Assembly: GCA_963835065.1 (NCBI GenBank)
Contig: CAWIEK010000041.1
Coordinates: 32,001-96,000 of the forward strand
Reading direction: 5' to 3'
Origin: an uncultured Chthonomonadaceae bacterium
GTDB taxonomy: Bacteria; Armatimonadota; Chthonomonadetes; Chthonomonadales; Chthonomonadaceae
DNA: 64,000 bases
In this document: positions 30,101 through 39,696 of the stretch, piece after piece
Layout: each line of letters starts with the position of its first letter
How positions within the stretch are numbered: position 1 is the first letter of the stretch
The notes under the pieces: generated by a model
The model's database searches: none
Told to the model about the DNA's origin: nothing
The model's input: the letters and a program-made list of their open reading frames with translations, nothing else
Position numbers and translations under genes: made by a program

Positions 30101-30500
30101 CATCTCCCGTGACACCTACCTTGACCAGAAGCCCTACCTCTACTGCGAACACGACCCCGTGAATCGGCTTGATGCCAATGGACATTCTTGGAAAGGATGG
30201 GGTGTGGGACTTGTAGCAGGAATTACTGTCGGTATTCTGCTCAGCGCCGCAGTAGACATCGTTACGGCAGGAGCAGGAGCGCCTGCGAACCCTGTCATTA
30301 TCGACATTTCTATCGGCGTTATCTCCGGCGGGTCTGGAGGATATGTGACAGGACAAATTGATGGGAATGTGGGGACAAGCACTCTGCAAGGCGCAATCGG
30401 CGGCGGTATCATCGGACCGATTTCCGGTGCGCTTGGTTCAGTTGGCAAACCCTTGGTCCGGGCAGTAGCAAAATTCTTTGCCCAGATCAAATTCGATTAG
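27153..30500 (+). CDS. Rhs/YD-repeat polymorphic toxin with N-terminal signal-like segment and Gly-rich hydrophobic C-terminus
   Basis: DUF6531-like NTGNGN..LGYKWSHSY, many YDxxGxL repeats and core HVGARYYDAQVGRFISRD..PYLYCEHDPVNRLDANG. The start could instead be TTG 27177. Confidence 0.92.
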   Translation: MAEERNIALVSNTQESEIQSLSQQQSRVARSGWLRRAALLTSVSFAWSFVLAPPALALAHSPRQDRVGVRLLTPEQMRRMWGRQTKPQAHAVSVAAAPGDTFPWEGSAGDANTGNGNKQTEIPLVGWTQKGGMPVNLTLTHNSETNRNAELGYKWSHSYDIYLMSSGGNSGGGTGGSGGTGGFAQAGTAPNAPGGGGGTGGGGAFASGSNLTVHWGDDLSYPFANNGSNAFAAPTGIHDTLVQNVDGTFTLTKTSQVKYHFNAALYCDSITDPNGNSLSIARNAARYVTSVTDVSGRSLTFGYDGSNRITSVTDPLNRVWTLAYDGSGNLASVSLPVLNGATYTYAFLYDANHCLTDLKTPKGNHSTFGYNGDGSVAWEQDAMGNQTAFAYQSGLTTITDANGHATTHTYTNGLLTRVTDALGYHEDYQYDASNNKTQVSDKRGFAWNFTFDGSGNLLTSKDPYLNTTTTAYNAKNKPLTVTLPSGRQTVNTYDGSGVRVTLAQQKAANGTVVSSTSFAYNADGTVAGKTDANSHTTSYGYDGNGNLTSVTTPLGHATTFGYNALGAQTSKTDALNRTTIYTLDAWNRTVAITYPDSTTKTLAYDADGNLTGFTDATGTTTRSYDADNRLLSESKNGAAVVSHTYDATGQKGLLSTTTDANGRVLTYSYTSRNELGGVSEAAGAVSYAYDADGHETGISNPNGTVVSKSYDNAGQLTSVVNKTGSGSVLSSFSYTLDVDGRRAAVGEADGSSVSYGYDGAGRLTSETRSGTGAYSLSYVLDGAGNRLSQTSSNGTTTFAYDSDDELLSTSGVFTNSYGYNANGEQTTRTLNGTTYNLAFDFDGQISSIAQGANVVSFAYDAAGRRVSRTAGGTTTNFLYDGGQVLLETQGSSTTATYTYGNALVRKDGEFPLFDGQGSERTVTNSSQSVQGSIVYNAFGQTVSSTGSSTSPYLYAATSGYRNDGDAGLSHVGARYYDAQVGRFISRDTYLDQKPYLYCEHDPVNRLDANGHSWKGWGVGLVAGITVGILLSAAVDIVTAGAGAPANPVIIDISIGVISGGSGGYVTGQIDGNVGTSTLQGAIGGGIIGPISGALGSVGKPLVRAVAKFFAQIKFD

Positions 30501-30506
30501 CAGATT

Positions 30507-30542
30507 GCCCCACCCCTATGCAGAATTGCATAGGGGTGGGGC
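30507..30542. terminator. Perfect hairpin after the rhs stop
   Basis: 16-bp stem GCCCCACCCCTATGCA/TGCATAGGGGTGGGGC, 4-nt loop, no U-tract. Confidence 0.5.
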
Positions 30543-30573
30543 CTACTAACATCAGACGGCATGTAGGTGTTAT

Positions 30574-31044
30574 ATGAGACTTCAGGTTCCAGAATTATAC
30601 GCCAAGCAGATTAAAATAAGAAGGGTAGGCTTTCTTCTTATTCTTCTATTAATATGCTGTTCACTCGCATGGCTTGTAAGTACGGCATTTTCGGTAGGAG
30701 GCTGTGCAATAACCTGTGTTGGATTAATTAACGTGATTTTGAACTATCGTAGACCTTTATTTTACGACTTAGATGATCAGGGAATTTGCCTCAGCACAGT
30801 ACAAGGAACATTAAGCTTAAATGGGCTGAATGGTTGTGTAGCAAGGTACTGGATAGATTGGAGTAAAGACCCACTTGAGGCTTTCGATCTTACTCATTGG
30901 CAACAGTTCCCTGCGCTACTTCTCGTATCTAGCCGTTTTCCGCAAGGCAGGCTCATGCCTATTTACAGGCAAGATGTAGAGCGGGTCGTCATTTTTTTAG
31001 AAACACAGGTTAGTTTACTTGCAACATGCTCAGGCAAGCATTAG
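30574..31044 (+). CDS. Putative immunity protein 1 (2 TM plus soluble domain)
   Basis: Low-GC ORF directly after rhs. Shares LDxxGIxL and HWxxxP with 31662-32114. Confidence 0.65.
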   Translation: MRLQVPELYAKQIKIRRVGFLLILLLICCSLAWLVSTAFSVGGCAITCVGLINVILNYRRPLFYDLDDQGICLSTVQGTLSLNGLNGCVARYWIDWSKDPLEAFDLTHWQQFPALLLVSSRFPQGRLMPIYRQDVERVVIFLETQVSLLATCSGKH

Positions 31045-31053
31045 GAGCGAGAG

Positions 31054-31565
31054 GCAGCAGCAATCCCTACCTGTACGCGGCGACAAGCGGGTACAGGAAC
31101 GACGGTGACGCCGGGCTGATGCACGTGGGAGCGCGGTACTACGACGCGCAGGTGGGACGCTTCCTCTCACGAGACACGTTCCTTGACCAGAAGCCTTACC
31201 TCTACTGCGAACACGATCCCGTCAACTACACCGATCCCACTGGGCATCTCAGTAAAGGTCAATGGGCCGGCCTCGTAGTTGGCGGAGCGATTATCATCGG
31301 TGTCACCGTAATAACTGGTGGCGCGGACTTGCCTGTGCTTGGAGCCATAGGAATCAACTGTGGCACAGGGGCGTTGGCAGGAACAATCGGTGGTGCGGTC
31401 CAGAGCGGCGTTGATCATGACCACAATCTGGGAGGGGACATGAGAGACGGAGCTATCCAAGGAGCCATTGGAGGCGGATTGACCGGATCACTGGGAACAG
31501 GTCCCATAGGCAAGCCGATTGTCAACTTCATTCGTGCCCTATGTAAGTTGGTCCCGATTAAGTAG
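31054..31565 (+). pseudogene. Orphan Rhs core-extension plus alternative C-terminal toxin module
   Basis: 31064-31225 repeats 30002-30163 (PYLYAATSGY...YCEHDPVN), followed by DPTG and a related Gly-rich CT. No credible start of its own. Confidence 0.85.
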
Positions 31566-31569
31566 CTGA

Positions 31570-31622
31570 TTGTTGTGGTTGCTCACGCAGATTATCTTAG
31601 TCAGCGTGAGCAACCACAACAA
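31570..31622. terminator. Perfect hairpin after the orphan CT stop
   Basis: 19-bp stem TTGTTGTGGTTGCTCACGC/GCGTGAGCAACCACAACAA. Confidence 0.5.
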
Positions 31623-31661
31623 CACAACCAAGCATGGAAACTCCTGTTGTGGAGGTAGATT

Positions 31662-32114
31662 ATGCTTATTTCATTACGGATGGCCTGGAAACTTCAATTG
31701 CATTCCCTAATACTGCGCGTCTTGCTGATAACCGGTTTTGCGCTTGTTTTGCTTCTGCCCGGAGCGCTTGGCTATACCGTCTTTGGCTCGGCTGCCTTGA
31801 CAGGAGGATTAGGTGTGGCGTTAGGGAATGGTATTTTGTTGGTGTGGAGCAGCAGGAACCGCTGGCGGTACACCCTTGACGAAAAGGGAATTCATCTTGT
31901 TATGGGAAGTTCTTCTTTCGCAAGCTCGCGCCTTCTCTTCAATTGGCAGCAGGCTTCCCTGTCTTCTATATCTTTGCATCACTGGCGTGATTTGCCCAGT
32001 ATTGAAGTTTTCCCGGAGAAGGGAAGGAAGATTGTTCTTGTCTACGAACCCCAAGAGCAACGCAAAGTGTTACAGGAAGTCCTTCCCTTGCTGGAGCAGC
32101 ATAGAATATGCTAA
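31662..32114 (+). CDS. Putative immunity protein 2
   Basis: SD GGAGGT, two TM segments, YTLDEKGIHL and HWRDLP. Paralog of 30574-31044. Confidence 0.7.
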   Translation: MLISLRMAWKLQLHSLILRVLLITGFALVLLLPGALGYTVFGSAALTGGLGVALGNGILLVWSSRNRWRYTLDEKGIHLVMGSSSFASSRLLFNWQQASLSSISLHHWRDLPSIEVFPEKGRKIVLVYEPQEQRKVLQEVLPLLEQHRIC

Positions 32115-32183
32115 CCTGAGCTACGATGTAGGGAACCGCATCACGTCCATTGTCTCAGGTAAACTGCTGAAAAGGAGCAAACA

Positions 32184-32939
32184 ATGCAGATACGCAGAGG
32201 ATTGAGGAAAGCGCTGGCGGTTGTTGGAATCGGCGTAGCGGTAGGCTGTCAGATGGGGCGACAGGCAACGGCGGGGGAACCGAGATACAAGGGGCAGAAA
32301 GCGGATGCCGCGAAAACGGTGATGCTGAAAACGGCGGATGGCTGGAACCTTGTGGGCGACCTGTATACGCCTGCGGGCAAATCGCAGGGAAGCGTGATTT
32401 TGCTGCATCAGCGAAGTGGGCAGAGCCGCGATTGGGCGGCGCTGTGCCGCGCCCTGCAAGCCGCGCATATCACCGCGCTTGCCATTGACCAGCGGGGCGC
32501 GGGACGCTCCACGCAGGGGCCGGGCGGAACGGGCAATGATGCGCCCTGGCCCACCGGCGGCGATGTTGCCGCCGCCGTTCTGTTCCTGAAAGGCAAAGAA
32601 CCCATCGGACTGGCAGGGGCGTCGTATGGCGCGAACAACGCCCTGATTTACGCTTCCGCGCACCCCGCGCAGATCAAGAGCGTGGCGCTGTTTTCACCGG
32701 GCGCGAACTACAACGGTTTGGACGCCCTTGCCCCGGCGCGGCAGTACAAGGGCGCAGTCCTTATCTATCACGACAAAAACGACGCCATTGCCGGAAGCGG
32801 CCCGAAACAGATCAATCAAGCCCTGCCGGGACACGACCACGCGCTGCGCCTGTCCAACGGTTCCCGACACGGAACCGCCTTGCTCACCCCCGCTAACATC
32901 CGCGACGCGGTTGCTTTTTTCCAGAAAACGCTCCAATAG
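32184..32939 (+). CDS. Exported alpha/beta hydrolase
   Basis: VILLH, IDQRGAGRS, GASYGA nucleophile elbow and HGT. Confidence 0.85.
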   Translation: MQIRRGLRKALAVVGIGVAVGCQMGRQATAGEPRYKGQKADAAKTVMLKTADGWNLVGDLYTPAGKSQGSVILLHQRSGQSRDWAALCRALQAAHITALAIDQRGAGRSTQGPGGTGNDAPWPTGGDVAAAVLFLKGKEPIGLAGASYGANNALIYASAHPAQIKSVALFSPGANYNGLDALAPARQYKGAVLIYHDKNDAIAGSGPKQINQALPGHDHALRLSNGSRHGTALLTPANIRDAVAFFQKTLQ

Positions 32940-32991
32940 GAAGGGATAACAGGGTTTAGCCTGTATTTTGGGTGGTATTCCAGCCGGGAGT

Positions 32992-33207
32992 TCAGGGAGT
33001 TCCCGCAGATGTGCCGCTCGCAGGCGTGTTTGCCGATGTGGAAGCGGCGGCGCTGTGAAGCTGCGCCGGCACTTTGAAAACATGCACTTTGTCCCCGGCG
33101 GCAACGGCAATCAGTGTGCCATCCGGCGAAAAAGTCAGGGCGGACACGGTTTCCGGGACAAACAGGGTTGCCAGGCGTACAAAGTCGTCTGAGGTCAAGG
33201 TTGGCAT
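32992..33207 (-). CDS. Small protein with a single WD40-like blade
   Basis: GGAGA SD and VSALTFSPDGTLIAVAAGDKVHVF. Confidence 0.6.
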   Translation of the reverse strand: MPTLTSDDFVRLATLFVPETVSALTFSPDGTLIAVAAGDKVHVFKVPAQLHSAAASTSANTPASGTSAGTP

Positions 33208-33223
33208 TGGTATCTCCAGTTCA

Positions 33224-33344
33224 AGTGGTCAGTGGGCAGTGGTCAGTGAAATGCCATCTGACTGCAAGATAGACTTGTGTGTAAGCGACAGCAAGCAGTG
33301 TCGGCGGTCTTGTCCTAACCACTGACCACTGACCACTGACCACT
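33224..33344. repeat. Inverted heptamer arrays (AGTGGTC)n/(GACCACT)n
   Basis: 33224-33248 versus 33320-33344, 24/25 complementary. Confidence 0.8.
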
Positions 33345-33346
33345 AC

Positions 33347-35075
33347 TCACTGACTCTTGCCTCCCGGCGCAAGCGGGTTCGCGCTGTCGTTGGGCGGCGT
33401 TGGCGTTGGTGTAGTGGTTCCTTTTTCCGGGTCGGGCGTGGGTGTCGGCGTGGGAAGCGGTTCGGGCGGCGGAAGGGGCTTGGGCTGCGGCTCCACCGTG
33501 ATCTGCTTGACAACGGTTTTGCCCAGATTGTCCGCTGCCGTCAGCGTAAACATGGTTCGCTCGTTGAGGGTGACTTCGCGGATGCCGGACGGGTCGCCGT
33601 TCGTGACAATCACGTTGCCCTTGTCGTCTTCGATGTGAACACTGGCCGTCCGCTTGGCGGACCAGCGCAGGCGAACCGGGACGCCGATATACACGGTTTT
33701 GGGCGCGGCGAAATCAGTAATGGCGGCAACCGACGTTTCTCTGGAAACGACGCTGATTTTGACGGTCTTCGTGACGGACTGAACGCGCTTGTCGGCGCTG
33801 ATGGCCCGCAGGAAGTACGTGATGTTGTCGCCGATGCTGTTCATCACGACGGGCGTGGAGCGCTGCAGGCTGCTGAAGGTAGTGCCGCCCGGATCAAGGA
33901 TGTATGAGTCGGCGTTTTTGCCAAGCCAGGAAAATATCACCTGTTCGCCGACATGCACTTTGGCGGTATCGGCGGTGAACGACACGATGGTAGGCGTCGG
34001 GGGCAGGGGCGCGGCCATGACATTGACGGTAACGGACTCCGTCTTCCACTTGCCCTCATTGCCCGGTCCCGTCACGTGCAGCGTGTACGTGGTTTGCGGG
34101 CCGGCTGGGAACAAACTGCTGATTGCCCGAACTCTTGCCCAGTTCGCCGTCCGAGACTTCCGTGCCTTTTTCCCCCGTGCTGTGCGTCAATTTTATCGTG
34201 GGCTTGTCGCCGGATACGTCCCATGTAAGCGTAATAGGCTTATTTTCCTGAACAGCAGTCGGCGTGGCGGCGAAATTGTTCAGTTTCACGGGTATGGGCG
34301 GCTCCGGCTTGAACGCGGCGTATCCCCCCGCGCCCAATCCCGCCAGCAGTAAGAAAAGCCCAACAAACGGCGAAACGAGGGCGCGACGCTCGATTTGTCC
34401 CTGCGTTTTAGCCGACACGTAGCTGTCTTCACTGGAACGCGCCGACACGGTAAAGCTGTACAAGCGCGGGCTGCCGACCCACGCGGACGTTTTGGGGCGC
34501 GCGGCCATCAAAATCGTTTGGGTTTGGCCGGGTTTCAGAACGATGTGATCCACGTCAAACTCATACGCGCAGTCGTCTTCCGGGTCACTGGCGTACAATT
34601 GCAGCACTTCTTCGGCGTTGCCCTCGTTGGCGACGGTCACTTCAAAGTCATTCAATGGCCGGAAAAACGAGGACGTGGCGCGGCGCGGGGCCATTTCCAC
34701 CTGCAGGCTGTCAAAGGATTTCACGATCAGCATAGCCTGCGCAATGCCCACTTCGCCGGTTTCCATCGCCACCACGCGCACCAGAAACGGGTACGAACCC
34801 GCCCGGTTTTCGCTGCTGCGATTCATCTTGAAGTTGATGCGCTCGCTGACCGTCGCTCCGGGCGCGACATTGACGGCGGGAACCGGGATGTTGTACCACT
34901 CGATGTCAATGCCTTCCACTTCCAGAAGGAGGCGGTCGGGCGTCGCCTGATGATTGCTCATCGTGACGACGAGGCGCGTGGCGCTGCCCGGTTCAATCGC
35001 CAAATCCGGCTGATCCAGCGTGACGACGATTTTCTGGACATCCATAAATTGCGTATCCGAAATCGCTGAGGACAT
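33347..35075 (-). CDS. Membrane-anchored protein: COG1470-like cytoplasmic Ig domains, TM, extracellular Ig repeats, Pro/Thr tail; frameshift near 34110
   Basis: RAGSYPFLVRV, VANEGNA, TM FVGLFLLLAGLG, repeated F.A....V..G..(I/V).(L/F).W and TYTL motifs. Confidence 0.75.
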
Positions 35076-35442
35076 AAAATAAACCTTTATCGGGAGCGCC
35101 TGAAAAACATCTAATGTGCAGATAAGTGTCATCAGGCGCAATCAAGGCGGGGGTAAAGCGAACTACACTTTTCTATCGCTGCGTCATTATAGTCAACGCT
35201 GCAAAATTTGTCAATCATTTCGCAGTGGCGAGAGTTTTCCGGGGATTTTCAATGCCCCGGAAGCAATTGCATTGGAAGCGCCCTCTGTGCCTGCGTCCGA
35301 AAAGCAAAAGAATTACGATTTGATTCTTGATTCGGTTCCACGCGCTTGCTAAATTACATCCGAATCGGTATAATTGACGCAAGGAACACTTCTGCACGAC
35401 CTAATTTCCCTGCCTTGCCCCCACAACACACAGGAAACACTT

Positions 35443-36969
35443 ATGTTTTGTACTTCATGCGGCACGAAAAACGCGGCGGACAACAATTTTTGCAAGCAAT
35501 GCGGCAGCAAACTGGATCGCGCCGCCGCCGCCAAAATCAACCAGGATGACTTCGAGCGCGCCCTGCCCGAAGATGAGCAGATGAGTACGCTGCTGGAACG
35601 CGCGTATCGCCTGCGCAAAGAATTCGATGTCGAAGGCGCGATTGGCTTATGCGAGGAAGCGCTGCGCCTGCGCGCCGACAGCACCTCCGCCCATTCCCTG
35701 CTCGGCCAATTGTACGAGGAAAAAGGCGACCAGGAAGCGGCTATCCGCGAGTACGAGCGCGTCCTGCACCTGAACCCTGGCAGCATCGCGGATCGCGTGA
35801 AACTGGACGAACTGCGGTCAAAGGGCGAGGAAGGCAGCGAACGCAAGCCGCATACCCGCGTGGTCATGGCCGATCCGCACGTAATGCCGGGATTGGGCTA
35901 CGCCCGCTTTACCAGCGTCGGCGTCGGCCTTGCGCTGCTGGTACTCGGCGGACTCGTCGCGCTGCAATTCCGGCCCCGGTCTGTGGTTCCTACTACGCTT
36001 TCAACAGATACCTCTATCAGCCGCGCCCCGGTCAATGGATCACCGGCCAACGGAGCAAACGCAGCCGGAACAACAATGGCGACAACAACCGGCACAGGCG
36101 TTTCCCCAAGTCTGCCGGGAACAACCCCGGACAAAATCGGAACTGGAACTGCAACCGCGTCCAATTCCGCCACGCCGAACGCCGCTCCCGTTCCCAATTC
36201 GGCGGTAACGCCTCCTGTTACCAATCCAATCGCTGCCAATGGAAACCCGTCCCCTGCAAGCCCCCCGGCTTCTGCGGCTCCAACCGTGATTTACCGGCCC
36301 GGCCCCATTCAGTATGTGCGTGTGCCCACCGCCGCCGCTCCTGATGTTGCGGCGGGGGCGCGACTGCCGGGCATCAAGCGGCCAAAAAACAATGCGGGTA
36401 ACAATACTTCGGGCGGGCTTTCCCCCAATGGAACCTACGACGGAACCGCCAGTGGAAACGGCAGCGGGCGCATCATTTTGAACGGCGACCCGGACGTGAC
36501 CGAAAGCAACGGCAAAACCATCGTCAAAGTAAACCCCGCCGACGTTTCGGGCAAAACCGATGCTTCGGGCAGAAAGGGAGACAGCGACGGCAATGGCGGC
36601 AACGGTTTCAGCCGCATCGTCGTGGATAAAACCCCCTCCGGCGCGACCCGCATGGCTTCCCCGTCCGCCCCCGCGTCTTCTACCGAGTCGCGCTCGTTCC
36701 TCGCAGTGGGCGACGACAAGAAACGCCAGCACGATTACAAGGGCGCGATTGACGCTTTTACCAAATCGCTTGCCAGCGCGGGCGACCAGATGGGCTACGT
36801 CCTGCAGCAGCGCGCCCTGTGCTATCAGCAACTCAATGAACTGTCCTCGGCCAAAGCCGATTACGAGCGCGCCATCAACGAATATCGCAAGCTGGAAGCC
36901 CGCGATCCCGAAACCGCGCGCAACGGCGTTCGCGCCTGCGAAAAGGGGATCAAAACATGCGGCAATTAA
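35443..36969 (+). CDS. Zinc-ribbon plus TPR membrane protein
   Basis: MFCTSCGTKN...FCKQCG, TPR AHSLLGQLYE, one TM, a low-complexity linker and a C-terminal TPR. Confidence 0.85.
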   Translation: MFCTSCGTKNAADNNFCKQCGSKLDRAAAAKINQDDFERALPEDEQMSTLLERAYRLRKEFDVEGAIGLCEEALRLRADSTSAHSLLGQLYEEKGDQEAAIREYERVLHLNPGSIADRVKLDELRSKGEEGSERKPHTRVVMADPHVMPGLGYARFTSVGVGLALLVLGGLVALQFRPRSVVPTTLSTDTSISRAPVNGSPANGANAAGTTMATTTGTGVSPSLPGTTPDKIGTGTATASNSATPNAAPVPNSAVTPPVTNPIAANGNPSPASPPASAAPTVIYRPGPIQYVRVPTAAAPDVAAGARLPGIKRPKNNAGNNTSGGLSPNGTYDGTASGNGSGRIILNGDPDVTESNGKTIVKVNPADVSGKTDASGRKGDSDGNGGNGFSRIVVDKTPSGATRMASPSAPASSTESRSFLAVGDDKKRQHDYKGAIDAFTKSLASAGDQMGYVLQQRALCYQQLNELSSAKADYERAINEYRKLEARDPETARNGVRACEKGIKTCGN

Positions 36970-39380
36970 CTCCACCTTTCTCCTTAGTTCAATCAAAACA
37001 CTCACGAACCTTCCTGCTTCTGCTCAGTGGCTGCTGCCTGTCCCTGTCGCTTCTAACCTCCCCCGTATCTGCTCAAAACGCGCAGCAGGGAAGTCAGGGA
37101 ACAGGAAACAGGGAACAGGGAACAGTCCAATCCACAATCGAAAATCGAAAATCGAAAATCGAAAATTCCCCAACACCCTCCCAGGAATTGCCCCTCCTCC
37201 TCCTCGTGGTGCAGCGTCCGCAGGGAACGCCCGCTAAAAAAGACGACATGAACACCGCCCTGTCGCTGATGCTGCGGGCGTCCGTGCGCGAGTCGCGCAA
37301 GTACCAGGTGATCTTGTACAGCGCGGAACACCCCAGTATCCGCCGCGTCCTGCTGGAACACGCCATTGCCGCCTCGGAGTTGGCGGAGCCGATTGCGCCC
37401 GAAGCTCTGCAAAAACTGGCGAAGTTGATCGGCGCGCATGACATTTTGATGGTCAGCAGCGCGCTGGAAAAATCCGGTCTGCGTACCGATGTGCGCCTGA
37501 TGACGGACGCGGGCGCGGATACATGGATCACGCCCCTCGCGCAGCCGTTCATCGTGGACGCGCAATTGGGCAAACTGCGCCTGAAAAACGAGCAGATGCT
37601 GGCGCTGACCGTAGACGACATTGACAAGTATCTCGGCGTTCCCTCCCACCTTGCCAGCAACCTGACCAAAACCATCATCATCGGCAAGACAGACCCGAAG
37701 AAGAACAAGAACGCCAAGAACAGCAAGAACGCCAACAATCCGAAAACGAAGAGCGGCGACAACAGCGAAGACGATGCGCGAACTGCCAAAAATGGAAGCG
37801 CTTCCGAGGATGGCGGCGACAGCGCCAACGGCGGGAAGCCCACGGACCCTGCCACCGGCAACACGAACGGCGTGAACGGAACCTCCGGGCGCATAACTCG
37901 CGCGGCGGACAAGACGCAGGCAGCAGAAAAAACGCAGGCGGAAAGAGCGAACGGGAACAGCGCCGGGAACAATTCTGCCGGAAACACCAGCGGAAACAAC
38001 ACCGGCAACGCCCCCGCAAACCGTTCTGCTGACAACAATAATACCGGGAACGACACGAGCGCGGACACGGACGCGCAAACCGCAAAAACATCGGCGACAG
38101 GCAAAAGCACGCCCCGAAAAACCAACAAGCCGTCCGTGAAAATCGCGCGCAACACGCAAAAGTCGCGCGGCAACTCCGACACCACAGCCACTCCGAACAC
38201 GGCGGGCGAGGTCGGCAATGCCGGCGCAGCCAACGGTTCGGGCAATGGCGCGGGTACGCAGGGCGCGGCATCGGAGGCTAACCCGGCGGCTTTGCAGCGC
38301 GTGACCAGCGACAATCTCAAAAACAAGCCGGAAGACCGCAAAAACCAGCCGGCCATTCTGGACACGGACGCGGGCGCAAGCCTGCTTGCCGAGCCGAACA
38401 TCATTCCCCCGGTTCCGCCAACCGACAAAATTGATTACGAGGCGGCGGCGGATCGCTACCGGAAGACGGGCGACCTGTCCAACGCCATCAACTCGCTGCG
38501 GCAGGCCATCAACGAAAACCCCCGCGCCCTGAACCTGCGCAAAAAACTCATTATCGCCTATCAGGATCGGCTGCTGCCCGACCTTGCGGCTTCGGAGATT
38601 GAGCGGGCATTGGTACTGGCTCCGGGCGACGCCGACCTGACCAAGCTGCGTGCCAGTACCCTGTTCGGCAAGGGCGATACCACGAACGCCATTAAAATGC
38701 TGCGCGACGTGGTTGCCGCGCATCCCGGCGACACGTCGGGGCAGGTGGCATTGGGCGACGCGCTGCTGGCCGACGGCCAATTCGCCGACGCCCTGAGCGC
38801 GTTTGAAACGGCGGCGAAAAACGATCCCAAAAGCCCGCTTCCGCACCGCCGATTAGCGCGGGTACTGGCGGCGCGGGCAGGCAGTGACATTACGCAGTAC
38901 GCCGCGTGTCTGGGGCAGATCGAGCAGGCGCGTAAACTGACGCCGACAACCGACACCCAAACCTATCAGGGCGATTACTTTGAATTGATGCTCCTTCTGG
39001 AAACGCGCTTGAAGGACATGCTGGATCAGGTAAATGAAACATCTATGGGCGTGGGCAAACGCGCCAACGCCGACCTGATGCAGCATGCCACCGACCTGAA
39101 AGAGCGCGCCGAAGCCGCGTCTGATTTTCTGGACAAGCTGCCGCCCGCAGCGGGACAGGACGTGACCCATGCCCATTACGGACAGGGCGCGGCCTTATTG
39201 GTGCAGTCCATCGGCTACCTGCGCAAATTCATCCCCTCCAACGAAGCGCAGATCGGCAACTCCCTGCGCGCCACCCGCATTGACGCCCTGACCGAACTGA
39301 CCAACGCCCACGACCGGCTCATCGCCTCCCGCGAAGTGCTGGAAAAAGGCCGCGCCGCAACCGGCGTGTCCGGCAACTGA
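36957..39380 (+). CDS. Exported TPR protein with N/G/S/T-rich linker
   Basis: Signal-like N-terminus and TPRs (ALGDALLADGQFADALSAFE). Overlaps the upstream gene. Confidence 0.8.
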   Translation: MRQLTPPFSLVQSKHSRTFLLLLSGCCLSLSLLTSPVSAQNAQQGSQGTGNREQGTVQSTIENRKSKIENSPTPSQELPLLLLVVQRPQGTPAKKDDMNTALSLMLRASVRESRKYQVILYSAEHPSIRRVLLEHAIAASELAEPIAPEALQKLAKLIGAHDILMVSSALEKSGLRTDVRLMTDAGADTWITPLAQPFIVDAQLGKLRLKNEQMLALTVDDIDKYLGVPSHLASNLTKTIIIGKTDPKKNKNAKNSKNANNPKTKSGDNSEDDARTAKNGSASEDGGDSANGGKPTDPATGNTNGVNGTSGRITRAADKTQAAEKTQAERANGNSAGNNSAGNTSGNNTGNAPANRSADNNNTGNDTSADTDAQTAKTSATGKSTPRKTNKPSVKIARNTQKSRGNSDTTATPNTAGEVGNAGAANGSGNGAGTQGAASEANPAALQRVTSDNLKNKPEDRKNQPAILDTDAGASLLAEPNIIPPVPPTDKIDYEAAADRYRKTGDLSNAINSLRQAINENPRALNLRKKLIIAYQDRLLPDLAASEIERALVLAPGDADLTKLRASTLFGKGDTTNAIKMLRDVVAAHPGDTSGQVALGDALLADGQFADALSAFETAAKNDPKSPLPHRRLARVLAARAGSDITQYAACLGQIEQARKLTPTTDTQTYQGDYFELMLLLETRLKDMLDQVNETSMGVGKRANADLMQHATDLKERAEAASDFLDKLPPAAGQDVTHAHYGQGAALLVQSIGYLRKFIPSNEAQIGNSLRATRIDALTELTNAHDRLIASREVLEKGRAATGVSGN

Positions 39381-39382
39381 AC
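39291..39382 (+). repeat. 92-bp direct repeat, copy 1 (3' end of the TPR gene)
   Basis: 88/92 identical to 40810-40901. Confidence 0.9.
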
Positions 39383-39696
39383 ACAACACGCCCGCGAAGC
39401 CCTATGCCACGTCTTCAGTAGCCGGTTTATCGGCGCGGTCATTTCACGCTTGATCACAAAGGCATTTGCATACTTGACAGCCTGAAAACCTTCCGGGTTG
39501 ACTGAGTGTAGCGGGGAAGCGGCCCGCCGTACCTGCCTGCTTCCCGTCCACAGCGCTACGTTTTAGAAATGAAGGAGGAAAAGACGGCCTGCGCAACGTA
39601 ATAGAGAACAGATATGAACTACAATCTGTTTCAGGAAACTGCCTGAAGGTTATAAACGCAGAACCATTGGAGCAGGCTGTACAAGGAGAAAAGCAG

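Noticed and set aside
30507..31622. Integron attC sites flanking the Rhs modules
   Set aside because: No RYYYAAC/GTTRRRY ends or extrahelical bases, and no integrase.
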